Shown: piece by piece, positions 38,674 through 52,234 of the stretch | Position numbering within the stretch: the first letter of the stretch is position 1 | Layout: the number at the start of each line of letters is the position of its first letter | From: Rhynchobatus australiae | Taxonomy: Eukaryota | Direction: 5' to 3' | NCBI GenBank assembly: GCA_034780895.1 | Contig: JAUZTB010000048.1 | Location: 43,379,718-43,443,717 of the forward strand | DNA length: 64,000 nucleotides | Position numbers and translations under genes: made by a program | Notes under the pieces: model-generated | Database searches by the model: none | What the model was told of the DNA's origin: nothing | Seen by the model: the letters and a program-made list of their open reading frames with translations, nothing else

Positions 38674-41389
38674 GTAAGAGACGTAACTAACAGTTAAGAC
38701 AGATTTCCTTGAATTTATCCCACAGATTCCAGCATAGTTTTAACTAGCTTTGGGGGCAAAGAGCTATAGCAAAATTCCTTTGGTTTTATTCCTGGCAGTA
38801 CAAAACAATCAACAGTGCCTGCTATGATGACATAGATTATGGTTTCATTGTGCATGACTCAGACAGAAATGTGTACTTGCTTTATATTACACATAATTGG
38901 TGATGCTTATCGTTGCTCCAGTGTGCAGTAGTGCTGAGCCAGTAACCCAGAGATTCTGTCATTAAAAGTAGGAATTGTCATAAAATTCCACCCAGTGCAC
39001 AAGTATCCTTTTTTAAGTAAAAGCTTCCAATTATTCTTACCCAGCCTTAGTNNNNNNNNNNNNNNNNNNNNNNNNNNNNNNNNNNNNNNNNNNNNNNNNN
39101 NNNNNNNNNNNNNNNNNNNNNNNNNNNNNNNNNNNNNNNNNNNNNNNNNNNNNNNNNNNNNNNNNNNNNNNNNNNNNNNNNNNNNNNNNNNNNNNNNNNN
39201 NNNNNNNNNNNNNNNNNNNNNNNNNNNNNNNNNNNNNNNNNNNNNNNNNNNNNNNNNNNNNNNNNNNNNNNNNNNNNNNNNNNNNNNNNNNNNNNNNNNN
39301 NNNNNNNNNNNNNNNNNNNNNNNNNNNNNNNNNNNNNNNNNNNNNNNNNNNNNNNNNNNNNNNNNNNNNNNNNNNNNNNNNNNNNNNNNNNNNNNNNNNN
39401 NNNNNNNNNNNNNNNNNNNNNNNNNNNNNNNNNNNNNNNNNNNNNNNNNNNNNNNNNNNNNNNNNNNNNNNNNNNNNNNNNNNNNNNNNNNNNNNNNNNN
39501 NNNNNNNNNNNNNNNNNNNNNNNNNNNNNNNNNNNNNNNNNNNNNNNNNNNNNNNNNNNNNNNNNNNNNNNNNNNNNNNNNNNNNNNNNNNNNNNNNNNN
39601 NNNNNNNNNNNNNNNNNNNNNNNNNNNNNNNNNNNNNNNNNNNNNNNNNNNNNNNNNNNNNNNNNNNNNNNNNNNNNNNNNNNNNNNNNNNNNNNNNNNN
39701 NNNNNNNNNNNNNNNNNNNNNNNNNNNNNNNNNNNNNNNNNNNNNNNNNNNNNNNNNNNNNNNNNNNNNNNNNNNNNNNNNNNNNNNNNNNNNNNNNNNN
39801 NNNNNNNNNNNNNNNNNNNNNNNNNNNNNNNNNNNNNNNNNNNNNNNNNNNNNNNNNNNNNNNNNNNNNNNNNNNNNNNNNNNNNNNNNNNNNNNNNNNN
39901 NNNNNNNNNNNNNNNNNNNNNNNNNNNNNNNNNNNNNNNNNNNNNNNNNNNNNNNNNNNNNNNNNNNNNNNNNNNNNNNNNNNNNNNNNNNNNNNNNNNN
40001 NNNNNNNNNNNNNNNNNNNNNNNNNNNNNNNNCAGCAGTTCCTGTTTCCCTTGTCTGATCAGGTGTTGACCAAAACTAAACCCCACAACAATCCTGATCT
40101 CACTGTCATTGAGTCATCCAATGATACAGCACAGAGACAGGCCCATTAGCCCACCATGTCTATGAAGTACCAATCTATACTAATCCCAGTTCCTAGTACT
40201 TGATCTGTGGCTGACCATGCCTTGAGGATTTCAATGCCCATAGATGTTGTGAGAGACTGGTGTCTCAACCTCCTCCTCAGATAGTGCATTCCAGACTCCA
40301 ACCCCACTTTGAGTGAAAAGAAATTATTCCTTGGAATTCTCTAAACCTCTTGCTCCTCATGACCTTGAGCCCTCAGGTTTTAGGCACCTCTGCCATGAGG
40401 GAAAAGTTTCTTACTATTCACCCTTCTATGTTCCTTTTAATTTTATACACTTCTACCAATTCCCCTCTCAGCTTCCTCTGCTCAAAGGAAAACAAACCCA
40501 CTCAATCCAGTCTCTCCTCGTTATTGAAATATTCCACCCCAGGCAGCATCCTAGTGAATCCTAGTGAATCTCCACGGCACCCTCTCCAGTGTAATCACAG
40601 CCTTCCTGCAGTGTGGCAACCAGAACTTCACATTGTATTCCAGCTGTATCCTTCCTGTACTCCAAGTTTTTACAACTACGATATGATGTCCCATGTGTTG
40701 TGCATTAATCTCTGGATCACTTGTGTCAGTTCTTTGTCTAGTGGAACAGTATGGAAGCTGTTTCCATAATGAGGAGATGCTGTATTCCTGGCAATTATGC
40801 TATCTACCTGTCAGGAGAGGAAGTAACATCTCCTCTCCTGTTTTAAGGCATACAACCAGACTTAGTTTTGATTGCAGCCAGCAGTTGCATCCATTTTGTT
40901 CCTATATAAGATTTGATCCATTCTCCATCTGTGCTGTGTCTTTTCATTGCCCAAGTATACTAAAGATTAAAGCAACTGAACTTGCACTCTCTATTTCCAA
41001 CGTTGGATAAGTGATAGATACTGACTTTCCAGTGACATCCACGTCCTGAAGGAGTTTCAGAATGTGGATGTCACTGGAAGAAAGAGATCCTGCTTGTCTT
41101 GGGTTTTTGGTTTCTCTAAATTGTATGAATAACTCCACTTCAGAACTACTTCATTGGGTTGTGAAGTCCTAAGTATGTGAAAGGTTGTGAGTATGGTTAA
41201 TCTTATTGTCTTGGTATCAGTGATTAAAATTAGAGTTGGTCAGATCTGGGTAACTTGAATTTTGTACACTGTAGCTGCATGATGTACAATTCTATAAGCA
41301 TGAAATTTCCTGTGGAATTGGTTTATTGCGTATGGCCTTTTTTTCAAATATGTACAAATGGCTGTGATATTTAATCTCTTCCTTCCCAG

Positions 41390-41577
41390 TATTATGCAGT
41401 TGCTTGGAGCATTCCCCTCTCCCAGTGGGCCTGCCTCACCATGCAGTCTTCTGAATGAAGAGACACTAATCAAATACTCCAGGCTGACCTCAACCAGCAA
41501 GAACCACTTCAGATACTTTGTCCTGGATAACAGCATCATCTTAGCAATGCTGGAACAGCCCCTGGGCAATGATCAGA
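41390..41577 (+). CDS. RALGAPB: RALGAPB coding exon: [32 protein letters not shown]...[23 protein letters not shown]
   Basis: cccAG / GTGAGT; 188 nt, phase 2 to 1. Confidence 0.96.
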
Positions 41578-42670
41578 GTGAGTTCTAAATCTCTGTCAGG
41601 TCAAGTATTTGGTAGTTTTTGTGTATATTTTGAGGTCAGGGTGGTGTGTAACTTGAAGGGGAACTTGTGGGTGCTGNNNNNNNNNNTGAGGTCAGGGTGG
41701 AGGAGGAAAATAGATTTCATTAAAGGTGTTCAAAAAGCACAAAGTTTCAAGCATTGTCCTACTTTTCTTTGTGCTCCAGCTTTGTTGTAGACCTTTCTGT
41801 TCAGACAGATGGATGAGTTTAACCACCTATTATAAAGTGGAAAACCTAGGGACTCCATATTCTTCATGGTTTTAAATATATCTATCAGCTTCCCTCTTAA
41901 CTCACTCTGTTATAAAGTGAAACAACCCAGCTTCTCCATCCCATCCACATAAAGTCCCTCAAGTCTGGAATCATTCTCTCCTGCACCATCTCTAAGCACC
42001 TTCATATCTCTCCTAAAGTTTGTTGCCTAGAACTGGATACAATATTCTATTTATGGTCAAAACCTTGATTTGTAAAAGTTTGTCATGACTTCCTTGCTCT
42101 TGTACTCCATAGCTCTGCTTATAAAACCCAGCATCCCAGTTGCTTTTTAAATGCTTTCTCAACCTGCTCTGCCTTTTCAACCATTTATGTACATATGGCA
42201 CTATTCCTGTATCCCTTTTAGAACGTTGTCTCTCATCATTCTTCCTGATAACATATATCATTTTTCTGTGCATTGTATCTGTCCATTCTACTAATTTGCC
42301 TAAGTCTGATGAAAAATTCTCATCAACCTTGTATCAGACTGAGCTGAGTCCTGTTGTCTAATACTTTTCTTCTGCTTATTCCAAACTCCACCAGTGAAGT
42401 TCTGATTTACCTAGATTCAATTTGTGCTTTTCCCTTCCCACATCTTGAAAATCTGTTACCAAGCACATTTCCAGATGCCCAGGTTATGCAGGGAATTTTG
42501 CCATTTTGAGCAACCAAGTGAAATAGTGGGACTTTGGTTATTGTCTCCTGTCTGTGTAACGATGAAGGATTCAGTGAGCAAGGAAGTAATTTGTAAAAAT
42601 GCTGCTAATCATTGTAAATTTAAGCTGCATTTGAGTATTCTGCAATGTGTTTTGTCGGCTCTTCCAACAG

Positions 42671-42774
42671 ATCCTTGCCCCTCAGTTACTGTGCTGCTCC
42701 GGGGAATGTCTGGAAGGCATGCGTGGACCATGCAACTCCATCACCAGCCGAGAGGATCTCGAGCAAACCAAAAG
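42671..42774 (+). CDS. RALGAPB: RALGAPB coding exon: (N)PCPSVTVLLRGMSGRHAWTMQLHHQPRGSRANQK
   Basis: caacAG / GTTTGA; 104 nt, phase 1 to 0. Confidence 0.95.
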
Positions 42775-43329
42775 GTTTGAATTCAATGCCCCAGTGCTAT
42801 ATTACCCCAAGTAACAATGACATATTTTAGTAGCAACTTGATTAAAGTGATAAACCTAAATTAGTTTTGTATATGGAAACCCCACCAAAACACTGAAATG
42901 TCAACTGGTATTATAACGGTGAAAAGCTCCACTTGTGGTGGAATCACTGCCAGGCAGAAGGGAAGCATAGCCAGCAATATGCATGTTGGAGTGAGTATGC
43001 TAGAGTTCATGCTAGTAGTGCAGGCTGGAGTGCCAACAAACTCCAGCAAATCCCAAAGGAGACATTACATTCAGCAAGTATTGCCAGGTGTATTTTTCAC
43101 TTCCTGCTAGAACTAGTGATTTCAACACTACCATTGTACCTGTGATCTCACATTTTGATAGAATGGTGATGCAGTACTCAGAATAGTTTGTCATTCAACA
43201 TCTGGAGATGTTAAACCAGGGCTGTTTATATCTCTGTGGCCATTTAGTTTGATGCAAGAACTGAATTCTAGACAGCAAGGCAGCAATGTGTTGCATTAAG
43301 GAGCCTAACTAAACTAAAGGCAGTGGGAA

Positions 43330-44530
43330 TACAAGAAAACTCTCCACTGACTGGAGTTATACCTTGCACAAAGGAANNNNNNNNNNGTTCTCAGGGAAGT
43401 GTTCTATGTCCAGGCATCTTCAACAATGACCTTCCCTGCATTATGAAGTCAGAAAGGAGAATATTCTTTGATAGTTGTACAAGGTTCAATTCTATTTGCA
43501 TTCCTTCAGATCCATCTGTCGACACAACAGAACCAGGGCAACAGTCATATATGGGCCAATAAGTAACAAGTAACATTCATGGTGTACAAGTGCCAGCAAA
43601 TGGCCATCTCCAATAAGAGAGAGCCTAGCCACCTCTTTGAATGTAATAATGACATTGCCATCTCTGAATTACCCAACTGTCAACATTTCAGGGATCACCA
43701 TTAACCAGAAACTTGAATGGACTATCTGCCTAAATACTGTGGGTACAGGGGCTGGCTGTTGTGTGATCTGACCTGCCTCCTGACTCTTAAGCATTAATAA
43801 AGCATGAGTCAGCAATGATAGAATGCTGCACTTGGATGAGTGCTGCTCCAGCAACACTTAAGAAACTCAAGAGTGCTGGACTGAGACCCTACCACCTTGT
43901 ATATTCAAAGCCCCTCTCATTTTAAGGGATCAATGTGTACAATTACAAGGTACACTGGACCAACCACAAGTATTGGGCTACAAGAACAAGTCAAAGGCTT
44001 GGTATCCTGTAACATATGACTTACCTCCTGGCACCTTTTTCTACTCTTCAAGGCAAGTCAGGAATGTGATGGAATACTCACCACATATATGGAAAAACGC
44101 AGATCAAATAGCAGTTAAACAGCTAGGTGCAATCTAGAACAAAGCAGTCTTCTTGGTATCCCAAGCACCGCACTTAACATTCATTCTTTCCACAACCACA
44201 ACACCGTGGCGACAATGTGTGACACCTACAACATGCACTACAGTTACATGCCCAGGCAGTTCCACCATCACCTCCCAAACCCATGACCTCTTCCATCAAG
44301 AAGGGCGAAGGCAGCAACCATATGGGAACATGTTTTTTTGCAGGTCACAGACCAGCCTGACTCAGAAATATATTACAGTTCTTTCATTGTCTACTCAACA
44401 ACCCTGTGGGCACACCTTCCATCAGAAGGACCACAGCAGTTCAACCACCTTCTCACAGTTGGTTAGAGACAGGCAATAAATGCCAGCCTTGATGGCAGTG
44501 CTCTACCTCCCAAAAAATGAATAAATGAAA
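43330..44530 (+). mobile_element. Decayed CR1/L2-clade LINE RT and 3' tail
   Basis: ORF 43323..43562 SQGSVLCPGIF..NDLP..I resembles RT motif PQGSVLGP..F..INDL; tail ggcaataaatgccagcc. Confidence 0.7.
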
Positions 44531-45496
44531 GATAACCCCAAAGGCATTTTTAAAGTCCTAGAATCATACAACACAGAAACCAGCCCTTCAGCCCAACTGG
44601 ATGCCAAACAAGATGCCCATCTAAGCTAGTCCCACTTGCATTTGGCCCATATCCCTCTCAACCTTTCCTACCCATGTACCTGTCCAAGTGTCTTCCTTAG
44701 CACCTCATAAACCCATGATTTCTGGCAGCCAGGAGGACAGGGATAGATGGTGTATAAGAATGCCTGCAGGGTCCCCTCAAGGTAAAGCACCATCCTAATT
44801 TGGATATATGTCACCTTTCCCTCATCATCACTAGTCAGAATCATGGAACTACTCACTGAAAGCACTCTGCAAGGACTGCTGCACTTCAAAAAAAATGGAC
44901 ACCTAGAGATGAGCGTTAGTTCCTGACCTTTCAGAGATAGCACCCACCTAGCACTAAAAGAAAATTCAAAGCTAATCACCCTTGCTCTTCTTTGCTGTCT
45001 TTTTCTCCATTTCAAATATTTGTTAGGCATTCCTTGGAAAATTGCCTACCTGTGGCAAAGCATTCCATGCTACAGCAACCACTTAGGCAAAGAATATCTT
45101 TAGTTATTCTCAAAACAAGTGAAATATATTTAAACATCAGTTCCTGGTGGTGCGGACGATATGAAACTCAGCCACTTGGTCTAGGTTTAGTTTGTCTTTG
45201 CTGAGTTAGCAGTTCTCAACCATAATTGACCACATCCTTCCTGGCAGAGAGGATTAATCAGCCTGGCGTCCTGCTCCTGGTAATTAGCCAGTATTCACTG
45301 CTGGAAACTGTACATGGAAGTTAGTCACGGCTTCGACAGTTTAAAGCCACATAGCTTAACAGCATTCTGGCACTTTTAAGTTGGAGATACACCCCAGCAG
45401 GATTCAGGAACATCTGTGAGGAAGAAGGGGTTGGTGTGTGAAGAGAAATGTGCATGAGAAAGATGATTGTAATATAATATGTAATATTATCCACAG

Positions 45497-45649
45497 GCAT
45501 TTGTTCCTGAACCTCACCCTCCTCCAAAAGATAACATGGGGATCAAGTACAACGTTAAACATCGGCCTTTCCCTGAGGAAGTAGACAAAATTCCATTTGT
45601 TAAAGCAGATCTTAGCATTCCAGATCTCCATGAGATTGTTACCGATCAG
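45497..45649 (+). CDS. RALGAPB: RALGAPB coding exon: [51 protein letters not shown]
   Basis: ccacAG / GTAAGA; 153 nt, phase 0 to 0; translated by hand. Confidence 0.96.
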
Positions 45650-47149
45650 GTAAGAGTACAAATAGAGACTGGACGGACGCAGTAAATCATCCAGCAGTTG
45701 TTGAAGTGTTTCCAAAGTACAGCACATCTGTTAAACAACTACCCAACAGGGAATCAGTCAAAAAACTGCAGAAGCTGGAAATATGAAATAAGAACAAAAA
45801 TGCTGGAAACATTCAGGTAATGAGGCACCATCAATGGAGAAAGAAACAGAATTAATGTTTCAAGCTTTGTGCCTTTTTATTTTAAATGAATATTGGTTCA
45901 GTACGTTGGCATTCTGATGAGTTAACCCCTCAGTGTCCTACTCCTTTCTAGGAGAGCCAGGTGTAGCCATACACAAAATGTTGATGTGAGTTCTAGAAGC
46001 CGTCATGTTGCTATTTTATTGAGCATCTTAAAATTAAGGTACTCAAGTTTAAAAAGATTGGGTTGTAGAAAGTTCTTCAGTGTACTCCCCTACATATTGG
46101 ACAGTTTGCACTGGCATCATAGCACCTGTCATGTTAAGCAAACTATTCTCTTTTATGTCGAATCCTGCCATAAGAGTCTACCTTGCTCAAAAAATTTGGG
46201 GATTTCTAATTGTTTTGAAGAGTTTAAAACACAAAAAAAAGGAACGTGTATTTTTGTCAACTCATGGGCAGATATGAAGGGGCGTGACCCTATTATCTCA
46301 GTGGATACTTTACCCAGTGGAACAGTGCTGCCATCGTGTGTCAGTCACTAGTACAAAATAGCAGAGTGTCTGAGGTTCAACTGCCAACATGTTGTTCACA
46401 CCGTAAAGATATTCATCTAAACAAGCTCATCAAATCTCTGTAATGAATCAGTTCCACATCTGAGGTTTATTTATGAAGCTCACGTAACTCACCAGCAAAA
46501 AAAAACTTGATAGGATTTGGGTGATATTGACATNNNNNNNNNNNNNNNNNNNNNNNNNNNNNNNNNNNNNNNNNNNNNNNNNNNNNNNNNNNNNNNNNNN
46601 NNNNNNNNNNNNNNNNNNNNNNNNNNNNNNNNNCACCAGCAAACAAAAACTGGATAGGATTTGGGTGAGATTGACATCCTCAGTATTTTTGATGGGCTAT
46701 TTGTGGGTATTGGAGCAATCATTTTGTTTAGACTAAAGTTGTCTGGACAAACTGGATAATGATGGCAAAATCCTTGCCTAAAGGAAATTAGTTAACTAGG
46801 TGGGTAATTTTCATTCACAGTCCATCCACTCTCCTTGTAATTATCTTGGGTGTGGGCCACAGATTATCAAATACATGGAATTCAGTTTCACAACTTGTCT
46901 TGGTTGCTAGTTCCATAAAGCATTATAGCACAGAGTGAGGTCATTTAGCCCACCCACACCAGCTCTCCACAACAGAAGTCCAGTCAGTCCAATTCCCCAT
47001 TTCTTTTGTCACAGCCAGGATCTTTTTTTTCTCACTCCAGCATTTATCCAGTTGCCTTGTGAAGTGGCAATTGAATCTGCTTCCATCACTCTCTTGGGCA
47101 GTGAATTCCTGTATTTTGGGATATTGATGATATTGACTGTATTCCCAAA

Positions 47150-48095
47150 GTTCGATGAGATTTCATCAGACACCTCCACACTGCTTTCAGCATTTCAAAG
47201 GACTCCTTGGCTTACTCTTCCATTGCCACCTATCACTCACCTTCAGTGTACTCCCCTTTGCAACCCTCTTATCTCACTCCTTCCCACCATCCAGAAACCT
47301 AAATGGTCCTTCCCAGTGAAACAGGGATTCACTTGCACTTCTTCAATTTAGCATATTGCTCACACTGTGGTGGTCTCTACAGTGGAGAAACTAAATGCAG
47401 GTTGGGTGAGCACTTTGCAGGACACCTCTATATGGTCCACGAGGATGGTCCTGAACGTCTAGTTGCCTGTTATATTAATTCTCCCTCCCACTCCCACTCT
47501 TACCTCTGTCACTCTGCTCCCTGCACTGTTCCAATGAAACTCTAGGCAAGTATAACAAACAGCACCTCATCTTTCATCTAGGGAAGTTGTATCCCTCTGG
47601 ATTCCAATATTGAATTAAACAGATACCCAACCTTTCCTGTTTGTGTCAGAACTGGCCCATTTCTGATATATCATCATCCACCTGCAACTTTAACTCAGTT
47701 TTTCTCTCTCCACAGATGCTGAATGATCTGCTGAATATTTCAGCATTCTCTCTAACTTCACATTTTCAGAAGCTGTTGTGCCCTGCCTCTCACAGTTCCC
47801 ACGCATTGATCTTCCTTCTCTCTAAATGCCCTCACTTATCTTCCTCTATTTATAGACAGATCAGACCAGTGATCACCTGGGATTCATTCCCCTCTGAGAG
47901 ATGGTGTACTTGGACAACCTTTGTCTCCTCCCTTTCATAGATATTCCCCTTGTTCTCCCCATCCCTCCCCTGTCTGCAACTGTTTTCTCACTTTTCCTCT
48001 TCTGACGAAGGATCACTGACTTGAAATGTTGACTCTATTCTTTCTCCAGATGTTACAAGACCAGCTGAGGCCCACAACCATTTTCTGTTTTTATC
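47150..48095 (+). mobile_element. Penelope-like retroelement 3' remnant: GIY-YIG endonuclease plus terminal repeat with hammerhead relics
   Basis: Frameshifted FTCTSS/NLAYCSHCGGLYSGETKCRLGEHFAGHL...LVACYINSPSHSHS...QHLIFHLGKLYPSG matches the PLE GIY-YIG (YIGET.R.L..RF.EH); CTGACGA...GAAA at 48002-48026. Confidence 0.85.
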
Positions 48096-48289
48096 CCAAA
48101 TTTAATATCAGGTTGATTGAGTTTAAAAAAAAGATTATCATCTCTTGATTCAAAATTCTGAGAGTTCAAATCATTTTAGGATTCTCAACATTTTAGTGGG
48201 TATTGAAATTGTTTTTGGATTGTAGAGATTGTTTTAAAAAAAACTTGGCAGAAGACACGATATCAGTGTGATTATGCAGCTGAACTGTA

Positions 48290-48690
48290 AAAGCAACCAA
48301 AAAATGCAGATGCTGGAAACTGAAATAATAGAAAATGCTAGAAATGTTCAGGTGGTCAGGAAGCATCTGGTTTTAAGTTGCAGAGAGAGTAAGGGAGAAA
48401 TGTAGGGCAAAGGGAAAGTCTCTAGTGTGAGGCCAGGGTTGACAAGGCAATATGCTATGATGAAAGAAGTTGGAGTGAACATGACAAAGGAACATAAAAG
48501 CTATGAAATGAGGGCAGTTAGAAAGAAAGAACACAAACAAAAGAAACCAAAAGCTGTGAAATGCAGAGCTGTAGAAAATGTCAAGCAGGTCAGGGCACAC
48601 TACGGGAGGAAAAACTAAGCCATCATTACAGATGGGTGACTTTCAATAGAAGTGGCCAGCTCTGATACAAACAGAGAAAACAAGTTACCT
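48290..48690 (-). mobile_element. Inverted (tail-to-tail) copy of the PLE terminal region
   Basis: 48646-48672 reverse-complements to gtttgtatcagagctggccacttct, similar to gtttgtgtcagaactggcccatttct at about 47639; also carries the tgcagatgctggaaa family end. Confidence 0.7.
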
Positions 48691-49084
48691 GGAATGGGAT
48701 CTTGATTTATCGTCTCATCCTAGATACAGTGCTACTAACGAGATAGTGTCTCTATACTGCAGTGATGCGTCAATCTTGTCTACATTAAGTTAATCTCTGC
48801 CCTTATTAATCTTTTGCACAATGATTGAGGCAGGCACAGGCCTGGTATATCTCCTCAAAGGAGATTCACTGGTCACTTGAGACTTGAATGATCTGGTTTG
48901 TGACTGCAACTAAATTCATTGAGATGTACAGCAGGGAAACAGGCCTTTCAGCCCAACTTGTCCATGCTGACCATGGTGTCCACCTGAGCGAGTCCCATTT
49001 GCCTGCATTTGGCCTGTCTCCCTCTACACTTTTCCTAACCGTGAACTTGTCCAAATGTCTTTTAAATGTTGTAAGTTCACCCAT

Positions 49085-49612
49085 GCCATACATAATTACA
49101 TCGAGGTAGTAAAACAAAAACAGAATGCAGAATATAGTGTTGTAATTACAAAGAAAGTGCAGTAGAGGTAAACAAAGTGCAAGGGCCACAACGAGGTAGT
49201 TTGGGAGAACAAGAGCTCATTTTGTAGCATATGAGTGGTCTGTTCAAAAGTCTGATAACAGTAGGATAGAAGCTGTCCTTGAGCTTGGATGTACATGCTG
49301 TCAAGTTTTTGTATCTTCTGAGAAGAGAGAATGACTAGGGTGGGAGGGAACTGAGCTGCATTTACAACTCAGTACAATTTCTTGCAGTCTTGGGCAGAGC
49401 AGTTGCCATACCAAGCTGTGATGCATCCAGATAGGATGTGTTCTGTGGTGCATCTGTAAAAATTGGTAAGAGTCATCAGGGACATGCCAAATTTCCTTAG
49501 CTTTCTAAGGAAGTAGAGGTGTTGGTGTGCTTTCTTGGCCATAGCATCTACATGGATGGACAAGGACAAATTGGAGATATTTATACTTAGGAACTTGAAG
49601 CTCTCAACCATC
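49085..49612 (-). mobile_element. Rex1/Babar LINE 3' fragment
   Basis: ORF 49369..49614 (-) ESFKFL...KKAHQHLYFLRKLRKFG...NFYRCTTEHILSGCITAWYG. Confidence 0.85.
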
Positions 49613-50253
49613 ACCCATGTGATCTCATTTTCAGACCAGTCTATTATTCAGGACCTTATCAAAGCTCTTGATATAGTCAATCCTCTTGGTGACCTCTTTC
49701 AAATAAAACTCAATTAAATTTGTGAGACATGATTTCCCACACCCAAAGCAATGCTGGCTATCCCTAATCAAAGGGGAAGATTTTGTAATTGGCAGAAAAG
49801 AATATCATGGAATTCCAGGAAAACATAATTGGTAAAAGCCAGATAAAGTGCAATTGAAAGTTTTAATTCGCTTGTTTATGCTTTAGGTTTTTGATGTAGT
49901 TGGTTAAGTACCAAATTAACTTGAATTCAAGGTGAAATGTACTATCTGTGCAGCTTTTATACTTGGGAGTTTTGGTGCTGGGTTATGGTTTCTGAAGTTT
50001 CTTACACTACAAAATGTGAAGATAACTCCCAACATCACTTTATTAGGAACCAATCACTCATTTGGAAACTGGCGTTCATTGAGCTCGCTTTAAAGTAATG
50101 CAAAAGATGCTAGTGGATTTGCATTTCTGTGGCGCCTTTCAAGACCTTGTACCATCTTAAAACATTTCACAATCAGTAAAGTAATTTGTGTAAGCACTGT
50201 TATAAAGTGGGGATATCTTTTGACACTACTGAATTCTAATTAAACTTTTCCAG

Positions 50254-50463
50254 ATGGAAGTTCAACATGAGAAGCTGAAGAAGTTGATGGAAAATCAAAT
50301 TCTCTATGAAAATGCATTGGAAAAAATCAGTGAGGAGAAACTGTCCAAAACCATATTCCCTGATCCAGACACTGAATGCATACCCCCTCCACCAGCCCAG
50401 GAGTTCCAAACTGCTCGTCTTCTGCTCTCGCACTTTGGGTTCCTTTCTTTGGAAGCACTGAAG
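50254..50463 (+). CDS. RALGAPB: RALGAPB coding exon: [19 protein letters not shown]...[27 protein letters not shown]
   Basis: ttccAG / GTATCG; 210 nt, phase 0 to 0; ORF 50254..50505. Confidence 0.96.
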
Positions 50464-51291
50464 GTATCGTGGATTATTCCTGAGATCACTCAACAGCTTT
50501 GTTAATTATTACTTTTCCAACTGCACATTGGGTGGCTTCCTGCACTGAAGTGAGTGGCAAAATCAGATTCCATTTCTTATAACCATGCTTTAGCTATGGG
50601 CCATAGCTCCTATTATTTTTATCAATGATGAAGTAAAATCATGTTCTTCCAAAAATTAGGGTTGCCACGTCAGATTTTTATAGATACATAAACATTTTGT
50701 TGAATGAATTGAAGAAATGGGAACGAGAACAGGCCATATGGCCATTCAAACCTTCTCCGCCACTCATTAAGATGATGGCAGATCCAACTTTAAGTTCACT
50801 TTCCTGTCCTTTTCCAATATTGATTCCCCTACTGATTAAAAATTTATCTACCTCAGATTTGAATATTTTCAAGAATTCAGCCTCCACAGCTTTCTGGAGC
50901 AAAGAACTCCAAAGAACCACAATCCTTTGTGAGAAGTAATTCTTCTTAAATGATTATCCCCGTATTCTGGAGACCTGCCCTCTGGTGATTAGGAGAATAT
51001 TTCCCCTCATGGGCAAGTTGAGGACCAAAGAATTTTAAAATGTTTCATTAAAATTGCCTCTCATTCTTATAAATTCTAATGAGAATAGGCCCAAAGTTCA
51101 ACCTTTCCTCATGAACCTGGAGGAACTAGTTGATCCTAGTGGACCCTCTCTGAGCTCCCTCCAATGATGATGTGTTTCCTTAAAAAAGGAGACCAAGACT
51201 CTACCTGGATGTGGTCTCACTGGTGCCCTGTATAGAAGTGGTAAAATTTCCCTATTTTTATACTCCAACCCTCTAGAAGTAAAAACCTGTA

Positions 51292-51610
51292 CAGGTCCTC
51301 CCCAGGTTTTGGCAGGGTTCCATTCCTGTGAACTATTCACAACCCAGACAGTTCACAAGTCGGAAATGTGACCGTGAACCCAGTTCCCACACGGCAGAAG
51401 GTAACTGAACCCCACAGCAGCCNNNNNNNNNNNNNNNNNNNNNNNNNNNNNNNNNNNNNNNNNNNNNNNNNNNNNNNNNNNNNNNNNNNNNNNNNNNNNN
51501 NNNNNNNNNNNNNNNNNNNNNNGCCAGCAAATCCATCCCATTGGTCTCCCAAACATCATTCATACATACGGGCTGTGCACAAGTCTGGTGTCTAAGCTGG
51601 GGAGGACCTG
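51292..51610. mobile_element. Tigger-like MITE nested in a minus-strand CR1 fragment (interior partly gapped)
   Basis: Perfect TIRs CAGGTCCTCCCCAG / CTGGGGAGGACCTG, with TA at 51290-91 and 51611-12. Confidence 0.88.
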
Positions 51611-51799
51611 TATTACTTTCCAGAGTGAACAATGCATTTCAACATATTTTCCCACGTTGTACTGTGTTTGCCAGCTTTTTGCCTACTCACTTTACCTATC
51701 TATATCTGTATAAATTGCTTTTATCCTCACAGCTTGTCTTCACACCCCACCTACATAATCCACAAATTTGGCTACAGTAAATTCACTTTTCCCTAATTG

Positions 51800-52065
51800 G
51801 CAAAGTGTTGCAGCTGGTCGAGCTGCTGTCTTTCAGCTCCAGTGACCTGGGTTCATTCCTAACCTGGAATGTGTACATTCTCCCTGTGACTACATGGGTT
51901 TCCTGTGGGTCCTCTGGTTTCGCCCCACATTCCAAAAGCGTGCAGGTTGGTAGGTTAATTGGCCACTGTAAATTGCCCCTATTGTGTGGATGTGGTGGAA
52001 TTCAGTGGCGGGGTAAAGGAAGTTGATGGGAATATGAGAGGAATAAAATGAGGTAGGTTTTGACA
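51800..52065 (+). mobile_element. HE1-like V-SINE
   Basis: B-box gggttcattcc; V-domain gtacattctccctgtgac...tgggtttcc...cccacattccaaa. Confidence 0.75.
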
Positions 52066-52234
52066 NNNNNNNNNNNNNNNNNNNNNNNNNNNNNNNNNNN
52101 NNNNNNNNNNNNNNNNNNNNNNNNNNNNNNNNNNNNNNNNNNNNNNNNNNNNNNNNNNNNNNNNNCCCACTATGTCTGCACTGACCAAGATGCCAATCTA
52201 AACTAATCCCATCTGCCTGCATGTGGTCTGTATT

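Noticed and set aside
46490-46680. Direct repeat of about 43 bp on both sides of a ~100-N gap (CRISPR-like or tandem look)
   Set aside because: Most simply overlapping contig ends or a collapsed tandem repeat at a placeholder gap. This is eukaryotic DNA with no spacers or cas genes.
50464-50475. GTATCG donor resembling a U12-type 5' splice site
   Set aside because: It lacks the GTATCCTT consensus; all introns traced look like ordinary U2 GT-AG.
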